From contig JAKIMF020000004.1 in assembly GCA_022605425.2 (NCBI GenBank), forward strand, positions 1,364,001 to 1,428,000: a stretch of 64,000 nt of DNA, given 5' to 3'. A program made the position numbers and the translations under genes. Source of the DNA: Hamiltosporidium tvaerminnensis FI-OER-3-3 (taxonomy: Eukaryota > Fungi > Microsporidia). The notes beneath the pieces were generated by a model. The model saw nothing but the letters and a program-made list of their open reading frames with translations, did no database searches and was not told the origin of the DNA. The first letter of the stretch is position 1, and every line of letters starts with the position of its first letter. Below, in pieces: positions 27,232 through 40,049 of the stretch.

Positions 27232-28554
27232 ACCCTGTTTAATCAGAATCCCTTAAATACTTTTTTTACCAAACATTTTAATCACAAACTCATTCATTTG
27301 TTCAAAACTCAATTAATTAATTAATTTTTATGTGTTATTTTATATGGTAATTGAGCAACCGCATTTTTTCATCAAATTAAATTGGATAATTTAATTTAAA
27401 TAATATCATTTTAATCCAAGATCAATCTATAGGCCCAAAAAACATAAATAATTGTCAATTTTTTTTAATAAATTCTATATTTTAAATTTTTTTCGTTGTT
27501 TATTCTAATTCAAAATATTTGACGTTTTTTTAGATAGAAACAATTAAGATTAAAAAGTTCAATTAAAAAAAATATTTGGATATTCTTTTATATATTATCC
27601 TGTTAAGATTTTCTCGTTTAATGCTTTTCAAAATCCTTTCAAACCTGTGAATAACGCATGTTTGAACCTTCTACTCTTTTTATTACATCGCACATATCAT
27701 AATATATATAAATAAATAAGTAACATTCTTATTTGATTATAAAAACCAAACCAATAGTTTTTCATGAAAAGACCAAGTTGTTAATTTATTTAAAATATGA
27801 ATTTTTATATAATCAAAAAAATAGCCATAAAATTCATAAACTACAAACTTTATACACTTCAAATATTATTGGAAACCTAACTATTACATCGGCAAATTTT
27901 TCATTAATTTTTGAAAATATATTTGCTTAAATATATATAGAATATGGTTCTGGTTTCCTAAAACTTTAACTGTCATAAAACATTCTGTAAATTAGTCTTA
28001 TAGCTTTAAAGAAGCTTTTCTCAAAGTCACTACATAAAAATATCATTTTATTATTCATCAAAATTTATAAATTAATTAATTTCCCAAAAAAAGAATACCG
28101 AATCAGTCATTTACATTATTAGATATAAAAACCGGTTTAATTTACATCAAATCAGAAAAATAATATTTCCTGCAAAAGCTTATGTATCAATCTGATAATT
28201 TTAATTAAATCTTTTATATCGCTAATATAAATATTTTCTTTAGTAAATTTGTTTGTTAAAACATTTACTTAAAAGAACATACAAAATACATAAAAAAATA
28301 GAATATTAAAACAATAAAAAATAGTTTTAATAATATATATCCTATTTAGTCATATTTTATTTTATTCTAATTATCAAAATTTTTAAATATATACTTACTA
28401 TTTAAAGTAATTATTAACTTATTTTTAATTTTAAAATACCAAATTTGTCAGAAATTTGTTTACTTTTAATTGTTAAAACTTACAATGAAATGTCTAAAAA
28501 TAAAAAAATTAGATAAAAATTTATTTTATAAAAAATTAAAGATAAATTTTTTGC

Positions 28555-28764
28555 ATGATTTTAAATTTGAAAGAAAAAATATTAAACAGTATTTATGAAA
28601 TAGAAGAAGAATTAAAGACATCAAATTTAGAAATATCAAAAATTTTAGAAGAATTAGAAAATGAAAGACATACTTATTTAATGGAATATGAAAAAGAAAA
28701 AAATAAACGAAATAACAAGTATAGAAAAATATATGAAATATTAAACGAAAAGAATTGTGAATAA
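28555..28764 (+). CDS. Small coiled-coil hypothetical protein
   Basis: 69-aa ATG ORF, E/K-rich heptads, AATAAA at and after the stop; no recognised family. Confidence 0.5.
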   Translation: MILNLKEKILNSIYEIEEELKTSNLEISKILEELENERHTYLMEYEKEKNKRNNKYRKIYEILNEKNCE

Positions 28765-28986
28765 ATGTGAATATTTAAATAAATAAAATAAATTATTTTT
28801 TTTATTTCTATTACATACCTTGTATAGAATATATTAATTAAATTAAATTTTTATAAAAAAAATAGCAAAAATATTTTACCCTACTATAGAGAGTTTTTAG
28901 TATAAATATATAAGTTTTTATAAAAAAATAAATCTATAAGTAAAATATTTTTGCTTTTTTTTGTCAAAATTTAATTTAATAAAAAC

Positions 28987-29778
28987 TTATATATTTATAC
29001 TGTAAGGACACTTTTCATTTAAAAGAAATTCAATTTCATACTTTTTTGTCTTTTTTCTACACTCGTTTCTTATTATTGAAATAATCTTTTTTACTGGTGG
29101 AATAGAAAAATACAAAATATCAAATTCAAATAAATAAGGTTGAAATGTATCAAATGAAATATCTAAACAGTACAATAATTTATTATCTATTGATTCTGAT
29201 AAACACATTTTTAAAGTAATAGGATGTATACGCATTATAACATATACAGTATGAAGAATACTGATTGTATCTGATGTAGGTAGTAAAAGGCATAAACTAC
29301 AAAGTTTTTTGATGTAAGCTTGTACACATTTCAAAGTAGGAATGGAAGTTGAAAGAATAGTTTTAACGAAACATAAAACAGTTTCAATATCTTTTTTAAT
29401 TGTAGTTGGAGAAATAATTTGGTAAAATAATTTATAAAATTCTGAATAATTTATATTATATGTGCTCATTAGAAAGTAAAGAGACATTGCTGCATATAAA
29501 GAAGAATCATTATTTGAAACAAAATCTTTTTTAATAATTTCTAGAAATATTGTGGGATCATTTACGAGTAAGAATAGCGAATTTAAAATTTTATATAAAT
29601 CTATACGTTGAGTTGTATTTGAGTCTTTAAATATTTGTAATAAAATATTGTCTATTTCGTATTCAGCAAGAATATTTAAATCTGTATTTTTTGATATTTC
29701 TGTTATTTTTGTTAAAATTAATAATTTTTCTTCGAAATTTTTTTCCTTTAGATTTTCTAATAAACATTCTATTTCCAT
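28987..29778 (-). CDS. NOC4: Nucleolar complex protein 4-like (CBF/Mak21 domain)
   Basis: AMSLYFLMSTYNINYSEFYKLFY and VQAYIKKLCSLCLLLP..IMRIHP match Noc4 motifs; CCCCC upstream. Confidence 0.75.
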   Translation of the reverse strand: MEIECLLENLKEKNFEEKLLILTKITEISKNTDLNILAEYEIDNILLQIFKDSNTTQRIDLYKILNSLFLLVNDPTIFLEIIKKDFVSNNDSSLYAAMSLYFLMSTYNINYSEFYKLFYQIISPTTIKKDIETVLCFVKTILSTSIPTLKCVQAYIKKLCSLCLLLPTSDTISILHTVYVIMRIHPITLKMCLSESIDNKLLYCLDISFDTFQPYLFEFDILYFSIPPVKKIISIIRNECRKKTKKYEIEFLLNEKCPYSINI

Positions 29779-29939
29779 TGTAAAAATGAGGGGGAAAGGG
29801 AAATGTGTTATAGATTGATGTTTAATATTTTCTAATAAAAAATTTTTCTTGTAAAAATTAGGAAGGAAAATGATTAAAAATGTTATAGATGATGTCTTAT
29901 ATATTAAGATGAATTTTTTTTATATTTATAGAAAGATGA

Positions 29940-30664
29940 TGGAGGGAGGACAACCAGATAAAAAACTTTCTGCTTGGCAATATGTGTGTGAAACTGGTGT
30001 GAATATCATTGTTTAGATCTCTGTTGGGAATAAAACCACACTAAATCTTCGGTTGTTTCATGGCAGTTTGTATGAGGAGGAGAAGATCTACGAAATGCGG
30101 AAACCTTTTTTAAAAATTTATTTGTAGTTTTTTATGTAACTAGATCAGAGACCGTAGTTGGACTTATAAGTAACTATCATATAAAAGCATAGAAACCTAG
30201 CCTTGATCACTTGGGTTAGAAGACTTAGCGCCTGTGAGATATAAAAATACGAACCATTGAAAGCCGGGAGAGCTAAGTATCAGGTTATACCTGTTGGTAT
30301 GACATTGCACTGTCTAGGAGGACCCCATGTAAATCTCTGAAATATATCTTAGCTAGAAGTGTATTGGGTTCAGAAAGTGTAGAGTAAGCGGGAATGCTGG
30401 ATAGTCTTGGGGGAGCCCGGATGGCTTTGGCCTTCGATCACACCCCATGCAACGGACATTTTCGAACTCCGGGCAACCACTTCGCTCATTAATTAGGTTC
30501 TACACATCTGGTAGATGAAAGGCTTTGGGAGGTAGATATCGCAAGGGGTACCAATGAAGTGTTGGGGAAGCGTTATTTATTTTAAGCCTAGAACTGCGTG
30601 TATCTTATGAAAACAAATCTAACACATGTCACTGTTAAATAAAGATGGGATATTTATAATAAAG
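29940..30664 (+). mobile_element. Dispersed non-coding ~720-bp element, long form, copy A (SINE-like or structured ncRNA)
   Basis: Colinear end to end with 62330-63050 (+) and 45203-45902 (-); GC-richer than flanks; no conserved ORF. Confidence 0.8.
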
Positions 30665-31873
30665 TTAATTTTAGAAATCATTGATATCAGAATGTATTCG
30701 TAAAATTGTATTTAAAATGTAAATAAAACCATTAAAAAAACAAAAGTCAAGAAAAATTTGTCTTTTTAGATAAATATCAACTATAGAAATTGAACAGAAC
30801 AATATCAATGAGAAGCAGAATTTAGAATAAAATAAAACCATCAAGTTATAAAATACTTCCGTATTGAGAAAAATATAAAACATAAGCTATATACCCTTTA
30901 TTCAAAGTGAATAACCGAAAAATGCTTCTCTTTTACATAAACCCAACCTAATTCATACATGCTTGCCTTGATATCAACAGTAATTAATCTATCATCTTGA
31001 ATTCATTTCTTTTACCAGCATAATTATAGCTTTTTATATTCCTATAAAGATTTTCTTGTATTTGTGTTAAATTTATATATTAAACACGCTTTTTATAAAA
31101 ATCCGCATCGAGTAAGAAGAAAATATAAGAATTGATGATTATAGTTGGATTTATTTCAATCTTAAAAAAATAAAAAATGTAAGAAAATGAATAAATCAAA
31201 TTTCAAGATGGATAGAATACATTCTTTAGACACATATCCAAATGTATAAAATTCAATAAAATGTAAATTTTATGTATTTTCTAGATTACAAATTGCCTTC
31301 TAAAAATATAATAATTTTAATATCTCCCAATATTGTTGTATAAATATACTTTTAATTCAAAAAAAAGTTTTCATTTTTAATTCTACTTTTGGTTATTACA
31401 CATATCAACGAAAATAATTAAATACTCTATTTTTAATCTTATTCAAGTTCATTCCAAATAGTTAATAAATAATTTTAATTTAATTAATATTATTAATAAA
31501 ATTAATTGTAACGAATATTTTAACTATAAATAATGAATGAATTAAGTAAACAAAAAATTTAAACATTTATCTATCAAATATAATTTAATATCTAATTATA
31601 GAAATAAATTGGTTTTTAAAATTATAATAAAATTCGAAGTATTGAAATGAATATAAAAAGAATATATACATTGAAATATTAATAAATATATTTAAATAAA
31701 AATATTTTCTAGATAATTTTTATTTAAGAAGAATAATATTATTTCCATTTCTAAATAATCGTTTTTTATAAAAAATCAACTGTATTTGGCTGCTAAATTA
31801 TATATTTTGATTTTTAAATTCTAGAAGAATTTATATACTAATTAAATCAATAACTTCATTATAATAAAACAAA

Positions 31874-34800
31874 ATGGGTAGAAAGAAAAATGTTAGCAGC
31901 GAAATATCGAAAAATACCAAAATAAAGGCTGCAAACGACGCTGATGAGGTGATGAAGAGTGATAGTGAGGTACAAAAATATAAGCTACACCCACCGGCGA
32001 TTTCCCTACCTTCCTCCTCCTACACAACAATAACACCTCCACCACCAAGCCAAACATGCAGTAAAATGCAAAATAGTGGGCTTGACACCTTACCTTCGCC
32101 TAATACACCAGTTCCCTCTTCGGTTGAAGTCTCTGCGTGCGAGCCATCGTACGACATGACAAGCCCCTGTACTCTAGCTATTCCGGAAGGTAACAGGCTA
32201 ATGGCATTGCGGACGATATTCGATTCCGTAACAGCCGACCCGAAGGAATGGCCTCGAATTGTTTTTTTGCAGTACAGACAAGGTTTGAAAGAATGCCAAG
32301 AAATGGCTGGACAGAGCTTCACAGGTACTATAATGAGAAATTCGGCTGCACATTAGATATCGATGCGTTTAAAAAACTCGCACAAAATGAGGCAGAAAGG
32401 GAAATAAGGCAAGAAGAGAATGAAGAGCGACGTAGAATTGCCACTTGTCTCACTGAGCCATGCCCTTTGACTGACACCACGGAGTACATAAACTTGAGAG
32501 ATGAATTTTTGAGTAAAATCAAAGAAATCTCGGGGAAGGAAATTGGAAAAGTGGTGGTCCGAACTAGAAAACATCCAAATAAATCGGTTGATAGTAAAGT
32601 TTTGGATCTCATTAATCGAGTAGTCGGTGAATATGCAGGAGCTCATGTACCTGAGTCAATTACGGAAGCCGCGTATATCATGCAAGCTGCGCAGGTATGC
32701 TATGACGAGGCAACACGTAAAGAGAAGCCTAGATCCGCTTGGAAGGAAAACATAGAAAGTAAAATTTCTAAGTTAGTACTTTCTAAAGATCTTCTCGAGA
32801 AGGCTCGTAAGCAGGAAATGCTCTCCACTTCGGAAACGAAGAGCCTTAAGAAAATCATGCGAGAGTTTAATTTAAACTTGAGCAGCGTAACTGATCTTTC
32901 TGAGGCTTTAGTTAAGAAGAATGAGTCTTTGAATGTTTACGAGAAAAAAATTACGATGCATAAAAGTAGGAAGCAATTCCGAAAAGAGAATCGTATGTTT
33001 GAGCTTTTCTGAGGTCGATTTTATCGTGGGTTATCTGAGCGTGTAGAAATTGAGCATGTGGTTAGCCGTGATGAAATTGTGAGTTTTTGGTCTACAATGT
33101 GGAACAAAAATGATGACACAGTCACGTACGATGATTATTTGATTCCATTTGTATCAGATAATCATCCGACCACGTTTCCTTCACTTGATGAATTTGTAAA
33201 TATTATTAATTGGCTTCCCAATTGGAAAGCTGCTGGAATTGATGGTATTTACAATTTTTTCATTAAGAAACTTACAACTCTTCACAAATATCTTTATGAT
33301 ATTGTGAAAGTTATATGTTTAGAAGGAACACCTCAAGCTGATTGGTTTTACTGCGGGCTTACGTATTTGATACCGAAAGGAATTCCACGAAGAGGCTCTG
33401 ACTACAGGCCAATCAATTGTATGTCCAACCTCTATAAGTTAACGACAAAGTGTGTAACGAAAGTCGTTCAACTTGAAGTGGAAAGGCGAGGGTTGCTTGC
33501 AGAGAACCAATTAGGGGCGGTAAGAGGTGTGCAGGGAGCGAAAGAGCAGGCTCTACTGAATATTGCCTTAAATAAAGAGTATGGAAATAATCTTAAGGCA
33601 ACATGGATTGATGTTAAAAAAGCTTATGATTCAATAGATCATGCTTATTTAACTCAATGCATTGAAACCTTTATTTACCTGATTGGATCTGAAATTTATT
33701 AAGGTAATTATATCAAAATGGAAAATTGATATATCAGTAGGGCCTGAAAAATCATGAGCAAGAAGATTGATGGGGATTCTACAGGGATGTCTGTCCTTTT
33801 GTTATTTGTGTTGTGTATGGATCCATTAGCCGAAGCTTAATGAAAATACCAAAGTGACAGTACAAACGATGCGAATCCCATTCTACTAATCATCTCTTGT
33901 TTATTGATGATCTTAAGCTCCTTGCAAAGACAGCTCCCATTGAGTGCTATGACGGCGGGCGGAATTTTAGAGGTGTTGGCTTAGAGATTAACAAAGAGAA
34001 GTCAGCCAAACATGATACGTGTTGTGAAGATACTGCTACTCTTCTAGAAGGTGTTAATGTTTACAAATATCTAGGAATAATAGAAGATAGCAGAGTAATT
34101 CCAACACGTAGCTCATTTGAAGAAGTACAGAGCAAACTTATATCAAGAGTTGAAAGACTTTGTCACACTAGATTAAATGCAAAATTTATTTTTGAATCAA
34201 TCAACATGCGATATCGTTAATCACTATCACTGGGTACTTCGACTTGAACCGGCTGACTTCTCTAAGTTAGATGATGCACTGCGTGCGGTGTATGTGAAAA
34301 ATAAAATACATCTCCGCCCAGGATGTAAAGAGCGTTTATACCTTCCTAGAACAGAACTTGGAAGAGGTCTACATAGTGTTGAGTTGCGAAGCGAACATAT
34401 GCTTCTGCAACTCTTGGATTGTCTGGAAAAAAGTAAAGAAATATCAACTAGACGGCAGCAATCCTCAAGGTGGAGAATAATAATAAAACCCATCTTGCAC
34501 TAATAAAAGGCTTCTTAAAGTAAGTACAGGTTGGTGAAGAAGTCACTAAGAAAGTTTAGAAGAAGCTCAACTTGCAAAATTATATAACGAAATAGAAAAC
34601 GAAACTCCATTCAAAGTTATATAATGCAAGGAAAATGAGCTTGTGAGTGTTAGTGACTCTTCAAGGTGGCTAAAGAGGAAATATTAGGCCACAAATGAAT
34701 CTGTGTTCTGCTATATCCAGGATAGAAATGTATTCTGGGGCAGATGGTGTGTGTCAACATTGCGGGAAGTCTGGTAAGACTGTAGATCATCTAGCAACTC

Positions 34801-35626
34801 GATGTGAAAAAATGCTAGGCCATGATTACACTAGACGGCATAATGAAGGGGTAAGATGCATACACCTACTTCTTCTAAATAGATATAAGTTTAAGTCCTC
34901 AAAACGAATTAGGAGTCACTCAGTTCAAGAAATTCTTGATAATGAGTATGCAGAGATAAGAGGGACACTAGAATTAAAACTGATGTTAAAATTCGGAATA
35001 ATAGACCCAATATATTTATTTTAGATAAGAAGAAGAATAAGATAACACTTATTGAAGTAGGAATCACTTCCCAAGATTCACTTCAAATAGTTGAAACTGA
35101 AAAACTTAGGAAGTATGACCTGCTAGCCAATGAGTTGGGCCTTATTTATAGGTGTAGTGTTGAGATAATCCCTTATGTGATGACCTGGGACGGTATTGTG
35201 ACAAAATACCATAAATCTTATCTTAAAAGACTAGAAATACCCATGAATGTAGAGGCATACATTCAGTCTATAGTACTTAAGAAAACAGTCGAAACAATTT
35301 CCTTTGATCGACGAAGAGGACTTGAGTCAGGACTAAATGCCGAAGAGAGCTGGGAGAGAGCGTCAATGGGTGTTATTATGAGATCAGAGATGCATGAGGA
35401 ACCAATACCCCCTTTAAAAGAAGTGAAAAGAGAGGAAGATGGTGTTAAAACTTTAAAACCAAAAAATAATACACCCCTCATTTCACAAGGAGGAACCACT
35501 TTGGAGGAACCGACCAATAACTAAATGAAGAGTCGGATTTGGAAGAAGAGACAATAGTGGTTAAAGAGGTAGAAGAAAACATATAAAAATGTTAAAATAT
35601 TTTAACCCAGAATTTTATTAAATAAA
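31874..35626 (+). mobile_element. Full-length RLE-type non-LTR retrotransposon, copy 2, many frameshifts
   Basis: Colinear with copy 1; CQHC..H..C knuckle intact; 13-bp TSD ATAATAAAACAAA at 31861-31873 and 35627-35639. Confidence 0.94.
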
Positions 35627-36899
35627 ATAATAAAACAAATAATTAAAATAACTAATATAGTTAATTTATAGAATCACTAATGGTATTAATTGTGAATAAA
35701 AATTAATTCTATGAATATAATTAATTTAACTACAATATAAATATATTCTTATGATATAACAATATTATATTTAATTTAATTAATGTAAATGTATTATTAG
35801 TATAAATTCTTTATAAATATATTCTTTATGATTATGAAATTCTTTATTTTATTATTTTTTACTTTTACAGACACACTGTCTTCTACTTCAGAATATATTA
35901 CAATCAATATATTCAGTAAATCTAAAAAAATAAAAAACCAGAGAAAATTAAAAATAATCTAGGTGACAAAGAAGAAGATAGGTATAAAGATAAGCATGTA
36001 AACGTGTATGAAGATAAATATAGAGATAATATAGGTGACAAAGAAGAAGATAGGTATAAAGATATTTATAGAAGCGAATTAGAGAAAAAAGAAATTCAAT
36101 TACCTAAATTAATATGTAAAAAACAAGAAAATTTTTTTACCAATAAAAAACAACAAAAATTAATCTTTCATTTCCATCCGTTTATTCCTCAACCAAAGTA
36201 GAAAATTATAAAATAATCAAAACAAAAATGAAATTTTTATTAAAAATAATCATTGAAAAATATTTTACAGTTAAAATACGAATTAAAGAAATATTTAAGC
36301 TCAAAGAAGAGTGTAAACATCATCTATTACAATTAATTTCAAATATTAGAAAAGAATTAATAGCAATGCGTGTATTTGTAAACTCAACCAAAATATTTAA
36401 TTACTACAATAATTATAAAATATTTATTTCATTAGTAAATAAAGTTGACAGTAAAATAAGAAGAATAGAAAAAATTATAGGTTAATTTCTTTTTTTTCAA
36501 ATATTAAAAATACTTTTATTTTTTATAAAAGATATTCTGCTTACAAATTTCAAAATCTATTTCTTAAAAAACCTCAATAGAAATTACAGGTAAACTAAAC
36601 TACAAATAAGAAATTACATAATAAAAATAAAAATTACATTTAAACTAAACTACAAATAAGAAATAAAAATAAAAAAGAAAAAAATCTAAAAAATAAAAAT
36701 TACAAAAATCTAAAAATACAAAGAAATTACAAAAATCTAAAAATAAATACCAAGAAATTACAAAAATCTAAAAATACAAATAAATACAAAGAAATACCGA
36801 GAAATACAAACAAATATACAGAGAAATACAAAAATCTATAAATAAATACCAAGAAAACACAAGAAATACAAAAAAAATTATTTGCATAAAACTTTACCA

Positions 36900-38183
36900 C
36901 TAAGAATATAAACCAGCTGGAAGTCCTCCTTGTTTAGAAAACAGAACTTTGTCTTTTGCCTTCGATAAATCACACATTCTAACATCTTTTCTACGTTCTC
37001 TCAATGCAAACATACCAGCCTCAGAACAAATAGCTTTAATATCAGCACCACTCAATTCATCCTTACTAGTAATAAGAATATCTAAATCAACATCTGGATC
37101 AAGATTCATTTTAGAAGTATGAATTCTAAATATTTTACGTTTGGTTGCTACATCAGGAAGACCAAATTCTATTTTACGATCAATTCTACCTGGTCTAATC
37201 AAAGCAGGATCTAATACTTCTATTCTGTTAGTAGCCATTATAACTTTTATATCATTTCTTTTATCAAATCCATCCAATTGATTTAAAAGTTCGAGCATTG
37301 TTCTTTGTATTTCTCGTTGTGCTCCTGAAGTAGAATCGTATCTTTTCTGTCCGATGGCATCTATTTCGTCAATGAAAATTATTGAAGGGGCATGAAGATC
37401 AGCCATCTTAAATATTTCTCTTACCAGTTTAGGACCGTCACCTAAATATTTCTGTATCAGTTCTGAACCAACTATTCTTAAAAATGTGGCACTTGTTTGA
37501 TTTGCCACTGCTTTTGCAAGTAAAGTTTTTCCAGTTCCTGGAAGTCCATATAGTATAACACCTTTAGGTGGTTTAATTCCCATTTCTTCAAATATTTCAG
37601 GATTTGTCAGTGGAAGTTCAACACTTTCTTTAATTTCCTGTATTTGTGTTTCTAAACCACCCACATCCTGATACGTCTCTGTAGGTGCCTTTTCTAATTT
37701 CATTACACTTACCAAAGGATCAGTTTCTCCTTCCAACACACCAACCACACTATTATCTTTATAATTTAAAAGAACTGTACAGCCAGGTTCAAGAGCATCT
37801 TTATCTACAAAAGACATAATAGAAACATAATACTCAGGTCCCATTCCTGTACTGACAATAGCATGATTATCATCAATAAATTCTTCTAAAGTACCTACAG
37901 ACATAGGACTACCTCTCATCTGATCAACAATAAGTTTTTCTGTACTAAATTGTACATTTTGCTCAAGTTTTTCTTCCTGTAAAGAAAGTATCTCATCTTC
38001 CATACAAAGATACTCATACATCTTCATAAGTTTTAAATGTTTCAGTTTACATTTTATTGCTGGATTTACTTGTGGAAGTTTTGTTGTTGTTTTACTGTCT
38101 CTTACTCTTTTCTTTCTTCTAAGGTTTAAAGAAGTTGTGTCTAAATCTTTTTTAGAAGAAATGTTTGAATTGTTTTGACCCAT
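36900..38183 (-). CDS. RPT2: 26S proteasome regulatory ATPase Rpt2 (subunit 4)
   Basis: MGQ N-terminus; [11 protein letters not shown]; GLPGTGKT; [16 protein letters not shown]; DEID; C-terminal GLYS. Confidence 0.97.
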   Translation of the reverse strand: MGQNNSNISSKKDLDTTSLNLRRKKRVRDSKTTTKLPQVNPAIKCKLKHLKLMKMYEYLCMEDEILSLQEEKLEQNVQFSTEKLIVDQMRGSPMSVGTLEEFIDDNHAIVSTGMGPEYYVSIMSFVDKDALEPGCTVLLNYKDNSVVGVLEGETDPLVSVMKLEKAPTETYQDVGGLETQIQEIKESVELPLTNPEIFEEMGIKPPKGVILYGLPGTGKTLLAKAVANQTSATFLRIVGSELIQKYLGDGPKLVREIFKMADLHAPSIIFIDEIDAIGQKRYDSTSGAQREIQRTMLELLNQLDGFDKRNDIKVIMATNRIEVLDPALIRPGRIDRKIEFGLPDVATKRKIFRIHTSKMNLDPDVDLDILITSKDELSGADIKAICSEAGMFALRERRKDVRMCDLSKAKDKVLFSKQGGLPAGLYS

Positions 38184-38192
38184 TTTTTTTTA

Positions 38193-38590
38193 GGGGTAAA
38201 GAAATGTTTACTAGAAAATAAGAAAATATATTTGTGAAGTGGATTTAATGATTTAAATGAAAATGTGAGGGGGTAAAGAAATATGTTTACTAGAAAATAA
38301 GAAAATATATTTGTGAAGTGGATTTAATGATTTAAATAAATGTGAAGGGGTAAAGAAATATGTTTACTAGAAAATAAGAAAATATATTTGTGAAGTGGAT
38401 TTAAGGATTTAAATGAAAATGTGAGGGGGTAAAGATATGTTTACTAGAAAATAAGAAAATATGTTTAGTTTAAGGACTTAAATGAATATGTGAGGGGGTA
38501 AAGATATGTTTAGAGACTAAAAGAAATATGTTTAGAGGGTAAAGGAATTTAGGAGAAGTAAAGAAATTTAGGGAAGTAAAAGAAATTTAA
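38193..38590. repeat. Tandem array (77/77/79/69-bp units, decaying) copying the RPT2 CCC promoter region
   Basis: GGGGTAAAG with its T at 38197, 38274, 38351, 38430, 38499. Confidence 0.9.
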
Positions 38591-38864
38591 GATTAATAAA
38601 TATTTTTTATATTTTAATTCTTTTAATGATTAAATAATTTGTTTTTAATAGTAAGTTATTATAGTAAATGTTTTATTGCTTTTTCAATTAAATTTTCACA
38701 TAAAAATATTTCATTGTATACCTCTCTTGTTTTTCTTATATTTTTCTATATATTTTTTATAATATTTCTTATTATAGTTTCTATGATTTTTCTTTATTAT
38801 AGTTTCTTATATTTTCTATTATAGTTTCTTATATTTCTTATATTTCTTATTATAGTTTCTATGA

Positions 38865-39160
38865 TTTTTTTCTCGTACTAATATATTTTTTTTCTAATAA
38901 AATATTCTCACAAAACAAATTTTTTTTTCTCTTACCAATGTATTTTTTTTTCTCTTACTAATATATTTTTTTTCTAATAAAATATTCTCACAAAACAAAT
39001 TTTTTTTTCTCTTACCAATGTATTTTTTTTTTCTCGTACTAATATATTTTTTTTCTAATAAAATATTCTAACAAAACAAATTTTTTTTTTCTCTTACCAA
39101 TGTATTTTTTTTTTCTAATAAAATATTCTCACAAAACAAATTTTTTTTTTCTATTACGAA
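38865..39160. repeat. Tandem array (80/81/60-bp units) upstream of TAF10
   Basis: CTAATAAAATATTCT at 38894, 38974, 39055, 39115. Confidence 0.88.
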
Positions 39161-39185
39161 TATTTTTTATAATTTCCTTTTTAAT

Positions 39186-39198
39186 CCCCTAAAAAAAA
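39186..39198 (+). promoter_or_regulatory. Microsporidian CCC-type initiation motif (representative example)
   Basis: CCCCT-A8-ATG; similar motifs precede DCP2, gene 1268, SNF2, FYV7-like, NOC4, RPT2, FYR gene, RAD16 and inhibitor-2. Confidence 0.8.
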
Positions 39199-39525
39199 AT
39201 GGATGATGAATCGTTTAATAAATTTAAAGAAAATCTTGAAGAATTTACACCTTTAATTCCAGATGTAGTAATAGATCATTTTTTAGAGAGAAGTGGTATT
39301 GAGCATTGTGATGAAAATGTACGAAAAATGATATCTTTAATGACACAAAAATTTATTACTGATATATCTACTTCTTCATTTCAATACCATAAAATTAATC
39401 AAAAAGCAGCATCTAAAGATAAAAGAATTCCTAAAGAAAAGAAACCTACATTACAGGTTGCTGATTTGGAAAAAGCGTTAGAAGAACAGGGTATTAATAT
39501 ATCACGTCCTTATTATTTTATGTAG
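39199..39525 (+). CDS. TAF10: TFIID subunit TAF10
   Basis: FTPLIPDVVIDHFLERSG..MISLMTQKFITDI..DLEKALEEQGINISRPYYF. Confidence 0.95.
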   Translation: MDDESFNKFKENLEEFTPLIPDVVIDHFLERSGIEHCDENVRKMISLMTQKFITDISTSSFQYHKINQKAASKDKRIPKEKKPTLQVADLEKALEEQGINISRPYYFM

Positions 39526-39765
39526 ATTTAGTGTATAAATTTTAGAGGTATTTTGTAAGTAACTGGGTATTTATATAAGTTTTTATTATTTTATGTAGAT
39601 TTAGTGAATAATTTTTAGAGGTATTTTATAAGTAACTGGTAATTTATATAAGTTTTTATTATTTTATGTAGATTATATATGAAATATGTAGAAGACCATT
39701 TAGAAGTAACTGGTAATTTATATAAGTTTTTATTATTTTATGTATAATTTTTAGAGGTATTTTGG
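39511..39765. repeat. Tandem array (73-74-bp unit) starting in the TAF10 stop region
   Basis: TATTTTATGTA with ATGTA at 39520, 39593, 39666, 39740. Confidence 0.85.
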
Positions 39766-40049
39766 AAATACAAATTTACTGTATAACACGTCCTTATAAT
39801 TTTATTTAAAAATATTTGTGTATTTCTAAGAATAAAAAAATCATAAATAAAAATATCGTAATTTTAGGAAATTAAATGAATATTAAAATAAAAATTATTA
39901 CTAATTTATTTTCTTTTTACCCATGCTTTCTTTTAAAAAAAAGAACTTTTAATTCAGTTGATTAGAAATATTTTGTATTTTCTTTAATTTTTAAATGTAT
40001 AAACATAATATTTTAATTATCAAATAAATATTTATTGAATTAATTTATT

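Noticed and set aside
30410-30490. GAGCCCGGATG resembling group II intron domain V; GGGCAAC resembling HDV ribozyme
   Set aside because: Required pairing and spacing not found; motifs not conserved in copies B and C
2660-34740. Programmed frameshifting or pseudogenisation as explanation for split genes
   Set aside because: Indels sit in homopolymers and repeats, go in both directions, and cluster (3310-3370; dense 1-bp losses at 33680-34740), which looks like consensus error; cannot be settled without reads
35940-36485. Short ORFs 36004-36201 and 36228-36485
   Set aside because: No family motif or clear CCC signal; the first overlaps a local ~32-bp duplication; could be a gene remnant but unsupported
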